Positions 22,090 through 34,771 of a stretch of 64,000 bases of DNA are shown in pieces. Within the stretch, counting starts at the first letter, position 1. Every line of letters starts with the position of its first letter. The position numbers were made by a program, and so were the translations under genes. Origin of the DNA: Dietzia sp. (GTDB taxonomy: Bacteria; Actinomycetota; Actinomycetes; Mycobacteriales; Mycobacteriaceae); assembly GCA_046292305.1 (NCBI GenBank), contig JBKBRA010000010.1, positions 5,709 to 69,708 on the forward strand, written 5' to 3'. Below the pieces are notes generated by a model. That model was not told the origin of the DNA, did not search any database, and was given only the letters and a program-made list of their open reading frames with translations.

Positions 22090-22626
22090 TCACCTCGGAT
22101 CGCGCGTCGGTCTGGCGTACCGCGCCGACCGGGCGGCCCACGCCGACCCCGCCGCCACCATCACGAACCCGAGCGCGGCGACGTAGGGTCCGAAGGTCAC
22201 CGTGGCGGTCGACGGCAGCCCCGACAGTGCCGGTTCCGTCACCCCTGTCGACAGGATGAGGGTCCAGACGAACGCGAGGTGGCCCGCCAGTACCCCGACC
22301 GCCACCACCGCCGCCGCGATGGCGAACGCTCCCAGGCGGGTGAGCGCGGTGACCGCCACCAGGAAGGACAGGACCAGCAGTCCGAGGAACAGGACCGGCG
22401 CGACGCTGCGGACGTCGATGATCTCGGTGATCCCCAGGGCGGAGATCCGCTCGCCCCCTCCCGTGGAGAGCCACGGCAGGTAGAGGCTGAGCAGCGCCAG
22501 GGCCAGACCGGTGACGGCGACGAGGGCCCCGATCCGGTTCCGGACATGCGGGATCATCTTGGTCCGTGCCGGCGTCCTGGTCGGGAGCGGGACGCGGTGT
22601 GGTGCGGGCGGTGTGTATGCGGACAT
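22090..22626 (-). CDS. Four-TM hypothetical membrane protein (paralog B)
   Basis: Same motifs as paralog A; start ATG 22626. Confidence 0.8.
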   Translation of the reverse strand: MSAYTPPAPHRVPLPTRTPARTKMIPHVRNRIGALVAVTGLALALLSLYLPWLSTGGGERISALGITEIIDVRSVAPVLFLGLLVLSFLVAVTALTRLGAFAIAAAVVAVGVLAGHLAFVWTLILSTGVTEPALSGLPSTATVTFGPYVAALGFVMVAAGSAWAARSARYARPTRDPR

Positions 22627-22739
22627 GACGATCACCCTCTGGGCGGAGTCGACGGACGCAGGTGTGCGTGATCCCATGATAGGAGCCGAAGCCCTCCGGG
22701 GGCATTGCAGAAACCCGGTTTGTTATGGTAATGGGACTG

Positions 22740-25310
22740 TCAGCGTCGCTTGTTTGTCCGGCGCGTGGGTTCTGCGACCATCGGGTCCTCCGGCCAGGGG
22801 TGCCTGGGGTAGCGGCCCCGCATCTCCGCCCGCACGCCGGGATAGGCCTCCCGCCAGAAGAACTCCAGGTCGCGGGTCACGGCGAGTGGCCGTCCGGCGG
22901 GGGAGAGCAGGTGGACCGTCACGGGAACCCGTCCGTCGCAGATCCGGGGAGAGGCGGTCCAGCCGAAGCACTCCTGCAGCTTGACCGCCAGCACGGGTGC
23001 GGCGTCGGATCCCGGTTCCGGGTAATCGACGCGGTATGACGACGAGCTTGGCACCTGCAGCCGGTCGGGCAACAGTTCATCGAACCTGGAGGCCTCCGGC
23101 CAGGGGAGCAGGCGCCGCAGCGCGGAGCCGACGTCGCGGCCCGCCATCTTCCCTCCGCGCGCGAGGACGTCGACCTCCGGCCCGAGCCAGTCGGTGAGCC
23201 GGCCCGCGAGCGACTCGGCGGACACCGCCGGCCAGGGGTCCCCGAGCTCGCGATGGGCCAGGGCCAGTCGGTACCACAGACGTAGAGCCTCCTCGTCCGG
23301 CCCGAGTGCGGCCAGCCCGCCCGTCCGGACAGCGGTAGCCACGGCCGACACGGCGGCGGCGGGCCCCGGACGCACGGGGGTGACGGAGAGCTCGATCGAA
23401 CCGAGCCGACGGACCCGGCGACCCGTCAGCGCGCCGCCCGAGAAGACGGCCGTCTCGTCGTCGTCGAGCAGCCCCGACGCCGCACGCTCGGCTCCCTCCC
23501 GGTCCAGCGGCGCGGCGGCCCGGATCACCGCCCCCGCCTCCCCGGCTGCCCGCCCGGACGCGCGTGCGACCTCGGCCACCGCGAGCCACTCGTGCCCGGT
23601 GAGGGCGGACCCGGGCGGGAGGACCGCCCCGGTCCCCGACGCGAACGTGTACTGCCCTCCCCGGCGGCGCGCCACACGGTCGGGATGGGCGAGCGCCACG
23701 ACCAACCCGACCGCCTCGTCGAGCGGGATCCCGCCCCGCCCGCCACCGGTCCGGACCAACCGCTCCAGTCGGCGGGCCTCGCGCTCCCAGGTCCCGGAAT
23801 CGCCGGCCCGGCCCCCGCGCAGCGCCCGCAGGTCCGCGACCAGGTCGCCCGCGGGGGAGCGACGGCCCGAGGCCAGTGACGCCACCACCTCCGCGGCCAT
23901 CCTGCGGCCCACGACCGGAGCGCCGTCGAGCAACGCACGGGCGTGCCGCGGGTCGGCGGGGACCCGCGCCAGGTCGCGCCCGCGGTCGGTGGCCCGGCCA
24001 CGGGCGTCGAGCGCGCCCAACCCCTGCAGTACCGTCTGCGCACGGCGGATCTCGCCGGTCGGCGGGGGGTCGGGCAGCGCCAGACCCTCACCCCGTGGCG
24101 CGCCCCAGCAGGCCACGTCCAGCGCGAAGCTCGTCAGGTCCGAGGTGGCGATCGCCGGCGTTCGGTGCGGGGGCAGCCGCGAGTACTCGTCCTCGGTCAG
24201 ACAGCGCACCGCGATCCCGGGGCCGAGCCGGGCGGCCCGGCCCGAGCGCTGCACGCAGGAGTCGCGAGAGGCCGAGACCGTGACCAGGCCGGTCATGTCG
24301 CGGGCGGCGTCCCTGCGGGGTTCGCGGCTCAGGCACGCGTCCACCACCACCCGAACCCCCGGAACCGTGAGGGAGGACTCCGCCAGGTCGGTCGAGACCA
24401 CGACCCGGGGCCGCGGTCCGGCCCCGCCCGGGCCCGCGGTCGGTCCCCCGCGCCCGGAACCCGAGACGGCGCGGTCCTGCGCGGCAGCGTCGAGCCCGCC
24501 GTGCAGTGGCAGGATTTCGGCCCGGTCACCCAGTCGGGCCGTGAGTGATCGCACCACGCGCTCGATCTCGCGGACCCCGGGGAGGAAGACCAGGGTGTCG
24601 GTGCCGCTCGCGGTCACCTCGTCGGCCGTCACCGCGGCCACGTGGTCGAGGAAACCGTCGGTCACCCCGCGGGAGTCCAGGCGCGGTACCGGGGGAGGGG
24701 AGTAGCGGATCTCCAGGGGGTGCAGGACGGACGGGATGTCGATCACCGGGGCCGCTACCGCGGAGCCCGTTCCGGGGTCCCCGAGCAGTCGCGCGAAGCG
24801 GCCGGCCTCGACGGTCGCGGACATGGCCACCACGTGCAGGTCGTCGCGGAGTTGGCGCAACTCGCAGAGCAGGGCCAGGGCGAGGTCGGACTCGACGTCC
24901 CGTTCGTGGACCTCGTCGAGCACCACCGCACCGATCCCGGGAAGATCGGGGTCGGCGATCAGCCGCCGCACCAGCACCCCCGGTGTCACGAACTCCACGA
25001 GGGTGTCCCGGCCGACCCTGGAGTCCCCGCGCACGGAGTAGCCCACCACGGTGCCGACCTCCGTCCCCGTCAGCGTGGTCAGACGCCGCGCCGCCGAGCG
25101 GGCGGCCACCCGCCGGGGCTGGGTGACGACGATCCGTCCCGCGATCCCGTCCGCCGAGGCGACCGCCGGTGGCGCGAGAGTGGTCTTACCGGTGCCGGGT
25201 GGGGCCTGGAGCACCGCGGTCCCCGTCGTGGCGAGGGCGTCGAGCAGTGCGGGCAGCGCAGCGGCGAAGGGCAGGCCGCGGCCGATTCGATCCAGATCGA
25301 ACGGGCTCAT
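22740..25310 (-). CDS. hrpB: ATP-dependent helicase HrpB
   Basis: APPGTGKTT, QPRRVAAR, DEVHER, MSAT, QRSGRAAR and the HrpB C-terminal LLSPAGRPLAVT..YPRHPWPEDP. Confidence 0.93.
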   Translation of the reverse strand: MSPFDLDRIGRGLPFAAALPALLDALATTGTAVLQAPPGTGKTTLAPPAVASADGIAGRIVVTQPRRVAARSAARRLTTLTGTEVGTVVGYSVRGDSRVGRDTLVEFVTPGVLVRRLIADPDLPGIGAVVLDEVHERDVESDLALALLCELRQLRDDLHVVAMSATVEAGRFARLLGDPGTGSAVAAPVIDIPSVLHPLEIRYSPPPVPRLDSRGVTDGFLDHVAAVTADEVTASGTDTLVFLPGVREIERVVRSLTARLGDRAEILPLHGGLDAAAQDRAVSGSGRGGPTAGPGGAGPRPRVVVSTDLAESSLTVPGVRVVVDACLSREPRRDAARDMTGLVTVSASRDSCVQRSGRAARLGPGIAVRCLTEDEYSRLPPHRTPAIATSDLTSFALDVACWGAPRGEGLALPDPPPTGEIRRAQTVLQGLGALDARGRATDRGRDLARVPADPRHARALLDGAPVVGRRMAAEVVASLASGRRSPAGDLVADLRALRGGRAGDSGTWEREARRLERLVRTGGGRGGIPLDEAVGLVVALAHPDRVARRRGGQYTFASGTGAVLPPGSALTGHEWLAVAEVARASGRAAGEAGAVIRAAAPLDREGAERAASGLLDDDETAVFSGGALTGRRVRRLGSIELSVTPVRPGPAAAVSAVATAVRTGGLAALGPDEEALRLWYRLALAHRELGDPWPAVSAESLAGRLTDWLGPEVDVLARGGKMAGRDVGSALRRLLPWPEASRFDELLPDRLQVPSSSSYRVDYPEPGSDAAPVLAVKLQECFGWTASPRICDGRVPVTVHLLSPAGRPLAVTRDLEFFWREAYPGVRAEMRGRYPRHPWPEDPMVAEPTRRTNKRR

Positions 25311-25381
25311 CCCCTGGTCCCGTCCACCTGTGCCATGTCCACGACCCTAGATGTCCGTGTCCCACGGCACGGATTCCTGCC

Positions 25382-25398
25382 GTTCGCTGTCGGCGTAC
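25382..25398 (+). promoter_or_regulatory. ClgR-type operator upstream of clpC
   Basis: GTTCGC-TGTCG-GCGTAC matches the actinobacterial ClgR motif GTTCGC-N5-GCG. Confidence 0.65.
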
Positions 25399-25527
25399 AC
25401 GTATCCGCAATGATTCCCCGACCTGCCGCGTTGAACCCTGGTGACGGACCGACAGCCACTCCTGTGGCTCCGGGCGTCGGACCGGGCCACTACAGTGGTT
25501 AACACCCGAGGAATGTGAGGTAGCACG

Positions 25528-28179
<2,652 letters not shown>

Positions 28180-28235
28180 TCGGGTCTCGCCTGTGCTCCG
28201 GCACAGCGCCTGACACGAGGCACAGCGCCTGACAC

Positions 28236-28271
28236 GAAGAACGGCCCCCGCTCCGGCGGGGGCCGTTCTTC
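28236..28271. terminator. Intrinsic, probably bidirectional, terminator hairpin after clpC
   Basis: GAAGAACGGCCCCCGC / GCGGGGGCCGTTCTTC perfect inverted repeat between convergent genes. Confidence 0.85.
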
Positions 28272-28438
28272 TGCGCTGTCCGTCGCACGCACTGCCCGCA
28301 CGCACCTGCGCGCCCGGAATGCCCGGCCGCAGCCCGGTCACGCTGGGGGAATGGACCGCAGAGGCAGCGTAGGTCGGAGGGAGGGGCGCCCGGTCGTCCC
28401 GAGAGGCGGGAACTCACCGGGCATCCAAATTGATCTGG

Positions 28439-28963
28439 TCAGCCGCGGGCCGCGGGTACCGCGCGGAAACCGCCGTCGACCACGACGAGCGGAGCGCCGG
28501 GCTGCTCATCGTCGAACCAGGCGTCCAGCAGCCGGGCGATCACCAGGACGTGGTCGCCGGCCGGTACGAGCCGGTCCAGCGCGACCCGCAGTCGTGCCCG
28601 GCCGCCGTGGAGAAGTGGCTCGCCGGTCTCGGCCCGGGTCCACAGCGAGGTGTCGGCGAACCGCAGATGTGACGGGCCCGCGAACCGGAGCGCGAGGGAC
28701 CGGTCGGCCTCGCCGAGCAGGTGGATCACCGCGGTCCGGGCATCGAGTACGCCCGCCAGGCTGGACGACGAGATGCCGACGTTGAAGCTCACCAACGCGG
28801 GCTTCGACGACAAACTGGACGGTGACGACGCGGTGAACCCCACCGGTCCGTCGGGGCCGTCGAGGGTGATTATCGTGACGCCGGCGGGATGCATGCGCAT
28901 CGCCCGGCGGTGGGTCTCTGCCGAGACGGACTGCTGAGCGGTGGACAGGCTACGTTCGGTCAT
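28439..28963 (-). CDS. Flavin reductase (DIM6/NTAB family), probable partner of the sulfonate monooxygenase
   Basis: RRAMR..PAGVTIIT, GFTASS..LSSKPALVSF and AGDHVLVI motifs. Confidence 0.88.
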   Translation of the reverse strand: MTERSLSTAQQSVSAETHRRAMRMHPAGVTIITLDGPDGPVGFTASSPSSLSSKPALVSFNVGISSSSLAGVLDARTAVIHLLGEADRSLALRFAGPSHLRFADTSLWTRAETGEPLLHGGRARLRVALDRLVPAGDHVLVIARLLDAWFDDEQPGAPLVVVDGGFRAVPAARG

Positions 28964-29025
28964 GCGAGAAGTCTGTGGCCGGGTGCTTCGGATGTCGAAC
29001 GTTCCGCTCGTGATGACCGAAAGCA

Positions 29026-30201
29026 TCACGACGCAGACATCAGACCCGCAGGCAGTGCACTCGTGGGGTCGGCCGAGATGGTGTCCAGTGCCACCGCCAT
29101 CGCCGCGAACTGCTGGATCCTCCCACCCGCCGTCGACACCCTGAGTTCCGGCGCCCCGCCTGCCAGGGGAGTCTCCCGTGAGGCTCTCAGAAGTGGGCCC
29201 AGATACCGCGGGTGGTCGGTGAAGGCCTGGCCGCAGAGCACGACCGAGTCCGGTCGGGTGATGGACGAGACCAGTCCCACCAGGCGGCCGAGGACCGTCG
29301 CCCGCTCGACGAGGATCGCGTCGGCCATCGGGTCGCGATGTGCCAGGGCCGCGAGCTCCGGCACCGACTCGACGGTGATGTCGCGGGTGGCCGCAGCGCG
29401 GACCAGTCCGGAATCGCCCACCACGTCAAGTAGGCCGCGACCGCGGTCGTCGAGGTACGTGGTGGGGCCCACGGGGAGGTGGGTGAGCTCGGACGACCCG
29501 GCACGTGGCAGGTGGACGGCGCCGTCGATCACGAGGGCGGAGCCCAGGTGCTCGCGCGCGTAGACGACCAGGGTCGTCCCCCGATGGGACTCGTGTCCTA
29601 CGAGGAGCTCCGCGGCGGCCATCGCCTCGACGTGGGGGGCCACGGAGAAGGGCACCCCGATCCGATCGGCGAAGAGGTCCGACACGGGAACGTCCTGCCA
29701 TCCCAGCAGCTCGTGGTCGATCCTGCCCGGCGAGGTGATCCTCGCGGCCGTGGCCACACCGCCCCAGACGAGCCGTCGTCCACGATGGCCGTCGAGGAGC
29801 CGGAACGCGATCGCGGACAACTCGTCGGCGATCAGCTCCGGATCCCGGCCGGGTGTGGGGATCGCGTACTCGGACAGGATCCGGCACCCGAGGTCACTGA
29901 TGGCGACGACGCAGCGGCTGAGGCCGATGTGGACGGCCACGACTACCGGCCCGGAGGGGTCGATCTCGAGGGGGACGCTCGGTCGGCCGACGGAACCGTC
30001 GTGCATCAGTTCCGGCCGCTCGCGGATGACCCCGGCGGACAGTAGGGCGGCCGTGGCGCGGCCGACCGTCGCCACCGACAAACCGGTGGACGCCGCCACT
30101 TCCGGACGGGTCACCGGTCCGCGGAACCGGATCGTGCGCATGACCCGAGCCGAGCTCACATCGGACAGGCGCAGGTCAGGTGCTGATGATCGGGTCGTCA
30201 T
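29026..30201 (-). CDS. ROK-family transcriptional regulator (SsuR/CysR-like)
   Basis: N-terminal HTH (GPVTRPEVAASTGLSVATVGR, GRPSVP), ROK body (PHVEAMAAAEL, GQAFTD); divergent from ssuD. Confidence 0.88.
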   Translation of the reverse strand: MTTRSSAPDLRLSDVSSARVMRTIRFRGPVTRPEVAASTGLSVATVGRATAALLSAGVIRERPELMHDGSVGRPSVPLEIDPSGPVVVAVHIGLSRCVVAISDLGCRILSEYAIPTPGRDPELIADELSAIAFRLLDGHRGRRLVWGGVATAARITSPGRIDHELLGWQDVPVSDLFADRIGVPFSVAPHVEAMAAAELLVGHESHRGTTLVVYAREHLGSALVIDGAVHLPRAGSSELTHLPVGPTTYLDDRGRGLLDVVGDSGLVRAAATRDITVESVPELAALAHRDPMADAILVERATVLGRLVGLVSSITRPDSVVLCGQAFTDHPRYLGPLLRASRETPLAGGAPELRVSTAGGRIQQFAAMAVALDTISADPTSALPAGLMSAS

Positions 30202-30224
30202 GCCGAGCAGATTAGCACAAACAA

Positions 30225-30240
30225 TAGACCGATCTGTCTA
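30225..30240. promoter_or_regulatory. McbR-type operator TAGAC-N6-GTCTA
   Basis: TAGAC-CGATCT-GTCTA in the intergenic region between the ROK regulator and ssuD. Confidence 0.8.
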
Positions 30241-30350
30241 CTGCGGTTATAGGTTTCGGTCGCGCTGACACCAATTGTGGCTACCCGGCACCGTCCGGCC
30301 CCACGATGTGTCGGTCCGCATCCCTCTCCGAACTACTCCAGGAGCCGTCC

Positions 30351-31565
30351 GTGTCCACCGACCCGACACATCCGTCCGCCGTCCACACGGGCCTACATTT
30401 CCACTGGTTTCTGCCCACCTACGGGGATTCGCGCAACCTCGTGGCCGGAGGCCACGGCACGCTGATGTCGGGGGACCGCCCGGCGACCCTGCCGTACCTG
30501 CGGCAGATAGTGGCGGCGGCCGAGCACAACGGGTTCGAGTCCCTCCTCACTCCCACCGGCGCCTGGTGCGAGGACGCGCTGATCACCGCCGCGCTGCTCG
30601 CCGACTCGAGCGAACGCATCAAGTTCCTCGTGGCCCTGCGCCCGGGGCTCATGAGCCCCACCCTCGCCGCGCAGATGGCGACCACCTTCCAGTGGCAGAC
30701 CGACGGCCGGTTGCTGCTCAACGTGGTCACCGGCGGGGAATCCCGCGAGCAACGCGCGTACGGGGACTTCCTGGACAAGGAGGGGCGCTATGCCAGGGCC
30801 GACGAGTTCCTCGACATCGTGCGAGGGCTGTGGAGTTCGCGGGAAGAGTTCACCTATCGCGGCGAGCACCTCGCCGTCGTCGACTCCGTCCTGGCGCGGC
30901 GACCCGACCCGGCGCCGCCGATCTTCTTCGGCGGCTCGTCCGCGGCCGGGATCCGCGTCGCCGCCCGCCACGCCGACACCTATCTCACGTGGGGTGAACC
31001 GCCCGCCGCGGTCGCCGAGAAGCTCGACCGGGTCCGTGACGCCGCGGCCGCACAGGGCCGTACCCCGTCGTTCGGGATCCGGCTCCACGTGATCTCCAGG
31101 GACACCTCGGAGTTGGCGTGGGCCGAAGCCGAGCGCCTCCTGGCGGGGATCGACCCCGCGGACGTCGCACGCGTCCAGGCCTCGCTGGCCTCGAGCGAAT
31201 CCGAGGGGCAGCGCCGCATGCTCGACCTGCACGGCGGTCGGACCGATTCCCTGGAGATCTCGCCCAACCTGTGGGCCGGGGTCGGACTGGTCCGCGGGGG
31301 TGCGGGTACCGCGCTCGTCGGCTCCCACGAGGAGGTCGCCGACCGGATCGCCGAGTACGCGGAGCTGGGGCTCACCCACTTCGTCCTCTCCGGGTACCCG
31401 CACCTGGAGGAGACGTACAGCTTCGGGGAGGGCGTACTTCCCGTTCTGGCCCGTAGGGGGTTGTGGACCGCGGCTGACCGACGTGAGGACACCGTGTCCG
31501 TGCCTTTCGCAGGCGCCGCCTCCCCTGCTCCCGCCTCCCCTGCCCCCGCCTCCGTCGGCGGGTGA
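30351..31565 (+). CDS. ssuD: Alkanesulfonate monooxygenase (LLM class)
   Basis: FHWFLPTYGD, PTGAWCED, KFLVALRPG, FGGSS, YLTWGEPP and NLWAGVGLVRGGAGTALVG motifs. Confidence 0.9.
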   Translation: MSTDPTHPSAVHTGLHFHWFLPTYGDSRNLVAGGHGTLMSGDRPATLPYLRQIVAAAEHNGFESLLTPTGAWCEDALITAALLADSSERIKFLVALRPGLMSPTLAAQMATTFQWQTDGRLLLNVVTGGESREQRAYGDFLDKEGRYARADEFLDIVRGLWSSREEFTYRGEHLAVVDSVLARRPDPAPPIFFGGSSAAGIRVAARHADTYLTWGEPPAAVAEKLDRVRDAAAAQGRTPSFGIRLHVISRDTSELAWAEAERLLAGIDPADVARVQASLASSESEGQRRMLDLHGGRTDSLEISPNLWAGVGLVRGGAGTALVGSHEEVADRIAEYAELGLTHFVLSGYPHLEETYSFGEGVLPVLARRGLWTAADRREDTVSVPFAGAASPAPASPAPASVGG

Positions 31566-31585
31566 CCACACGAGGAGACTCCACC

Positions 31586-32440
31586 ATGACCACTGTTCTC
31601 CCCTCCACGCCGCCGGAGACACCTCCCGCGGCGGTGAGCCCGACCACCAACACTCCACGCCCCGGACGCGGAGATCCCGGGCGCCGTCGACCCCGCCGCC
31701 CAACCACCTGGCTGCGCTGGCTGAGCCCCGTTCTGTTGATCCTGATCTGGCAGGTCGCGGGCGCCACCGGCGTCCTGCCGGAGCGGATCCTTCCCGCCCC
31801 GCAGCTCATCGCCGAATCCGCGCTCGAGCTCATCGCCTCCGGCGAACTCCTGGACGCACTGGCCGTCTCGAGCGTCCGCGTGGTCCAGGGTTTCGTCCTG
31901 GGTGCCGTGGCAGGGCTCGTGCTGGGGGTGGTCGTCGGGACCTCGCGGATCGCGGACGCCCTCGTCGACCCCCCGCTCCAGATGCTCCGCGCGTTGCCAC
32001 ACCTGGGCCTGATCCCGCTGTTCATCCTGTGGTTCGGCATCGGCGAGACCCCCAAGGTGCTGCTCATCGCCCTCGGCGTGGTCTTCCCGATCTACCTCAA
32101 CACCGCCTCCGGCCTGCGGCAGGTGGACCCCAAGCTCCGGGACATGGCGACGGTGTTCGGCTTCAGCCCGCGTCAGCGGCTCACCGAGGTGATCCTCCCG
32201 TCGATCGCTCCGCAGGTCCTCGTGGGTGTCCGCCAGTCGCTCGCGATCGCGTGGCTCACGCTCATCGTGGCCGAGCAGCTCAACGCGACCAACGGCATCG
32301 GCTACCTCATCATGAACGCCCGCGACTACTTCCGGATCGACGTGATCATCGTCGGCCTGGTCGTCTACGCGCTTCTCGGCATCCTCACCGACGCGGTCGT
32401 CCGAGTCGCCGAGACCCGCGCCCTGCGCCACTACCGCTGA
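31586..32440 (+). CDS. ssuC: Aliphatic sulfonate ABC permease
   Basis: LIPLFILWFGIGE, FPIYLNT and AWLTLIVAE motifs. Confidence 0.9.
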   Translation: MTTVLPSTPPETPPAAVSPTTNTPRPGRGDPGRRRPRRPTTWLRWLSPVLLILIWQVAGATGVLPERILPAPQLIAESALELIASGELLDALAVSSVRVVQGFVLGAVAGLVLGVVVGTSRIADALVDPPLQMLRALPHLGLIPLFILWFGIGETPKVLLIALGVVFPIYLNTASGLRQVDPKLRDMATVFGFSPRQRLTEVILPSIAPQVLVGVRQSLAIAWLTLIVAEQLNATNGIGYLIMNARDYFRIDVIIVGLVVYALLGILTDAVVRVAETRALRHYR

Positions 32441-32468
32441 CGTCCGCCCACTGCTCAGGAGCACAGTC

Positions 32469-33203
32469 ATGACCACCACACTCGCCCCCGCGGGCGCACT
32501 GCGGGGTGTCACCCGCCGGTTCGGCGACGCGACCGTCCTCCGGGGCCTCGACCTCGAGATCCCCCGCGGTGACATCGTCGCGCTGCTGGGGCGTAGCGGC
32601 AGCGGTAAATCGACCGCGCTGCGGATCCTCGCCGGACTGGACCGGGAACACGACGCCGGGAGCGTCCATATCGACGGCGCCCCGGCGGTCGTGTTCCAGG
32701 ACTCCAGGCTGCTGCCCTGGCGGACCGTCGCCGAGAACGTCCGCCACGGCCTCAACAGGGTCGAGGTGGCGCGAGGGGAGAAGTCCGCCCGGGTCACCGG
32801 AATCCTCGCCGAGGTGGGGCTCGAGGGACGTGAGGGCGCCTACCCGGGGGAACTCTCCGGCGGGCAGGCGCAGCGGACCTCGCTCGCGCGGGCGCTCGTC
32901 GCGGAACCGTCGTTGCTGCTCCTCGACGAGCCGTTCGGAGCGCTCGACGCCCTCACCCGGCGGACCATGCACCGCCTCCTGCTGCGGCTGTGGGCCCAAC
33001 ACGGTCTGGGCGTCCTGCTGGTGACGCACGACGTCGACGAGGCGGTGGCCCTGGCCGACCGCGTGCTCGTCCTGGACCACGGCGTCGTCGTCCATACCGA
33101 GACCATCGACCGACCCCGCGGCGGGGGCGAGACGAGCCACCACCGCCGCTGCCTACTCGACGCGCTGGGCGTCGACCACACAGACGAGGACTACTCGATA
33201 TGA
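32469..33203 (+). CDS. ssuB: Aliphatic sulfonate ABC ATPase
   Basis: GRSGSGKST, LSGGQAQR and LLLDEPFGALDALTR motifs. Confidence 0.9.
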   Translation: MTTTLAPAGALRGVTRRFGDATVLRGLDLEIPRGDIVALLGRSGSGKSTALRILAGLDREHDAGSVHIDGAPAVVFQDSRLLPWRTVAENVRHGLNRVEVARGEKSARVTGILAEVGLEGREGAYPGELSGGQAQRTSLARALVAEPSLLLLDEPFGALDALTRRTMHRLLLRLWAQHGLGVLLVTHDVDEAVALADRVLVLDHGVVVHTETIDRPRGGGETSHHRRCLLDALGVDHTDEDYSI

Positions 33204-34252
33204 CCACGACCCTCACCCCGATCCGCAGCCGGACCGCGATCCCCGCCGCCCTGCTCGCCCTGGCATTGATCGTGTTGCTCGTCGGCGCCGGATGCGCCAC
33301 CCGCGACTCCCGGGACGCGGCACCCGTCCCCGACCGCGTCGACCTCGCGGGTCTGTCCGACCTCGTGCTGCGGGTGGGGGACCAGAAGGGCGGCACCCAG
33401 GCGCTGCTCACGGCGGCAGGGAAGCTCGACGACCTGCCGTACGAGGTGGAGTTCTCCACGTTCACCTCCGGGCCTCCGCAGGTGGAGGCGCTCAACGCCG
33501 GGCAGATCGACGTGGCTGTCACCGGTAACACCCCGCCGGTGTTCGGGGCGGCCGCCGGGGCGCGGGCGTCCATCGTCTCCGCCTACGCCAACGGCGGCGA
33601 GGGGGACCGGATCCTGGTGCCCGGCGACTCGCCCGTGCAGACGGTGGCCGACCTGGCGGGACGGAAGGTCCTGGTGGCCAAGGGGACCTCCGCCCACGGG
33701 CATCTCCTGCTCCAACTCCGCAAGGCCGGGGTCGCGCCGGAGTCCGTCGAGTTGGTCTTTCTCCAGCCTGCCGAAGCGGGCTCCGCGTTCTCGCGCGGTG
33801 ACGCCGACGCCTGGGCTATCTGGGACCCGTACACGGCCATCACTCAGACCACCACCGACGCCCGGACCATCGCGACCGCGGCCGGCGCCTCCAACGGGTT
33901 CTGGTTCGGGCTCGCCTCCCACGACGCCCTCGCGGACGCGCAGCGCCAGACCGCGATCGCGGACTTCCTGGTCAGGCTGGCCGAGGCGGGGACGTGGAGC
34001 GCGGAGAACCCGGAGCAGTGGGCCGCGTTCTACGGCGAGGCGGTGGGGCTGACCCCAGAGGCCGCCGAACTCTCGCAGAGCCGCAGCACCCGTCAGCCTG
34101 TGGCGTTGACGGACACGGTGGCCAGCGAACAGGAGCTCGCCGACGTCTTCACCGAGGACGGGCAGATCGCCCCGGTGGACATCGACGCACTGGTCGACGA
34201 CAGGTACGAGGACGTACTCGGGCCGGTGGTCGGTCCGCTCCCCGAGAAGTAG
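33200..34252 (+). CDS. ssuA: Sulfonate ABC substrate-binding lipoprotein
   Basis: Lipobox GAGC, LRVGDQKGG, FTSGPP.VEAL and DAWAIWDPY motifs. Confidence 0.88.
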   Translation: MTTTLTPIRSRTAIPAALLALALIVLLVGAGCATRDSRDAAPVPDRVDLAGLSDLVLRVGDQKGGTQALLTAAGKLDDLPYEVEFSTFTSGPPQVEALNAGQIDVAVTGNTPPVFGAAAGARASIVSAYANGGEGDRILVPGDSPVQTVADLAGRKVLVAKGTSAHGHLLLQLRKAGVAPESVELVFLQPAEAGSAFSRGDADAWAIWDPYTAITQTTTDARTIATAAGASNGFWFGLASHDALADAQRQTAIADFLVRLAEAGTWSAENPEQWAAFYGEAVGLTPEAAELSQSRSTRQPVALTDTVASEQELADVFTEDGQIAPVDIDALVDDRYEDVLGPVVGPLPEK

Positions 34253-34343
34253 CGGTCCGGGAGCGGGCCAGCGGACCGGACCAGCGAAAGCGGGCCGGCG
34301 GACCGGGAACGGTCGGTCTGCAGGGACGGTCTGCGCCGTCGAT

Positions 34344-34736
34344 CTACGAGGTGATCCAGGACCAGAGGGTGGCGATCGCGGCCCACCCGACCATGCCGAC
34401 GGTGGAGTAGAGCAACGCCCACATCAGCCCGCCCACCGTCACCGCCGGCAGGTACCGGGTGAGCGGCATGCGGGTGAACCCGGCGCTGAAGTTGATCGCA
34501 GTCTGCACGCCCACGGTGAGGAAGGACAGCGGCACGGCGATCACCCCGTAGCGCGCCGACAGACGCTGGGCCCGCTGCATGTGCCGCCCGTTCAGGTGAC
34601 GAGCCGCCTTGCTGCTCAGCCTGCCACCACTCAGCGCACCCCTACCGAGCCAATAGGTGGCGTTGGCGCGCAGCATCACGATGACGAAGAGCGCGCCGAA
34701 CGCGATGGGATACGGCTGTTCCGAGATCCGTTCCAC
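34344..34736 (-). CDS. DedA/VTT-family membrane protein
   Basis: LRANATYWLGRG and SFLTVGVQTAIN..AG..RMP..RY motifs. Confidence 0.8.
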   Translation of the reverse strand: MERISEQPYPIAFGALFVIVMLRANATYWLGRGALSGGRLSSKAARHLNGRHMQRAQRLSARYGVIAVPLSFLTVGVQTAINFSAGFTRMPLTRYLPAVTVGGLMWALLYSTVGMVGWAAIATLWSWITS

Positions 34737-34771
34737 GGGGGTGTCCGGGTGCGCCGGTCGAGGGGCGGGGG

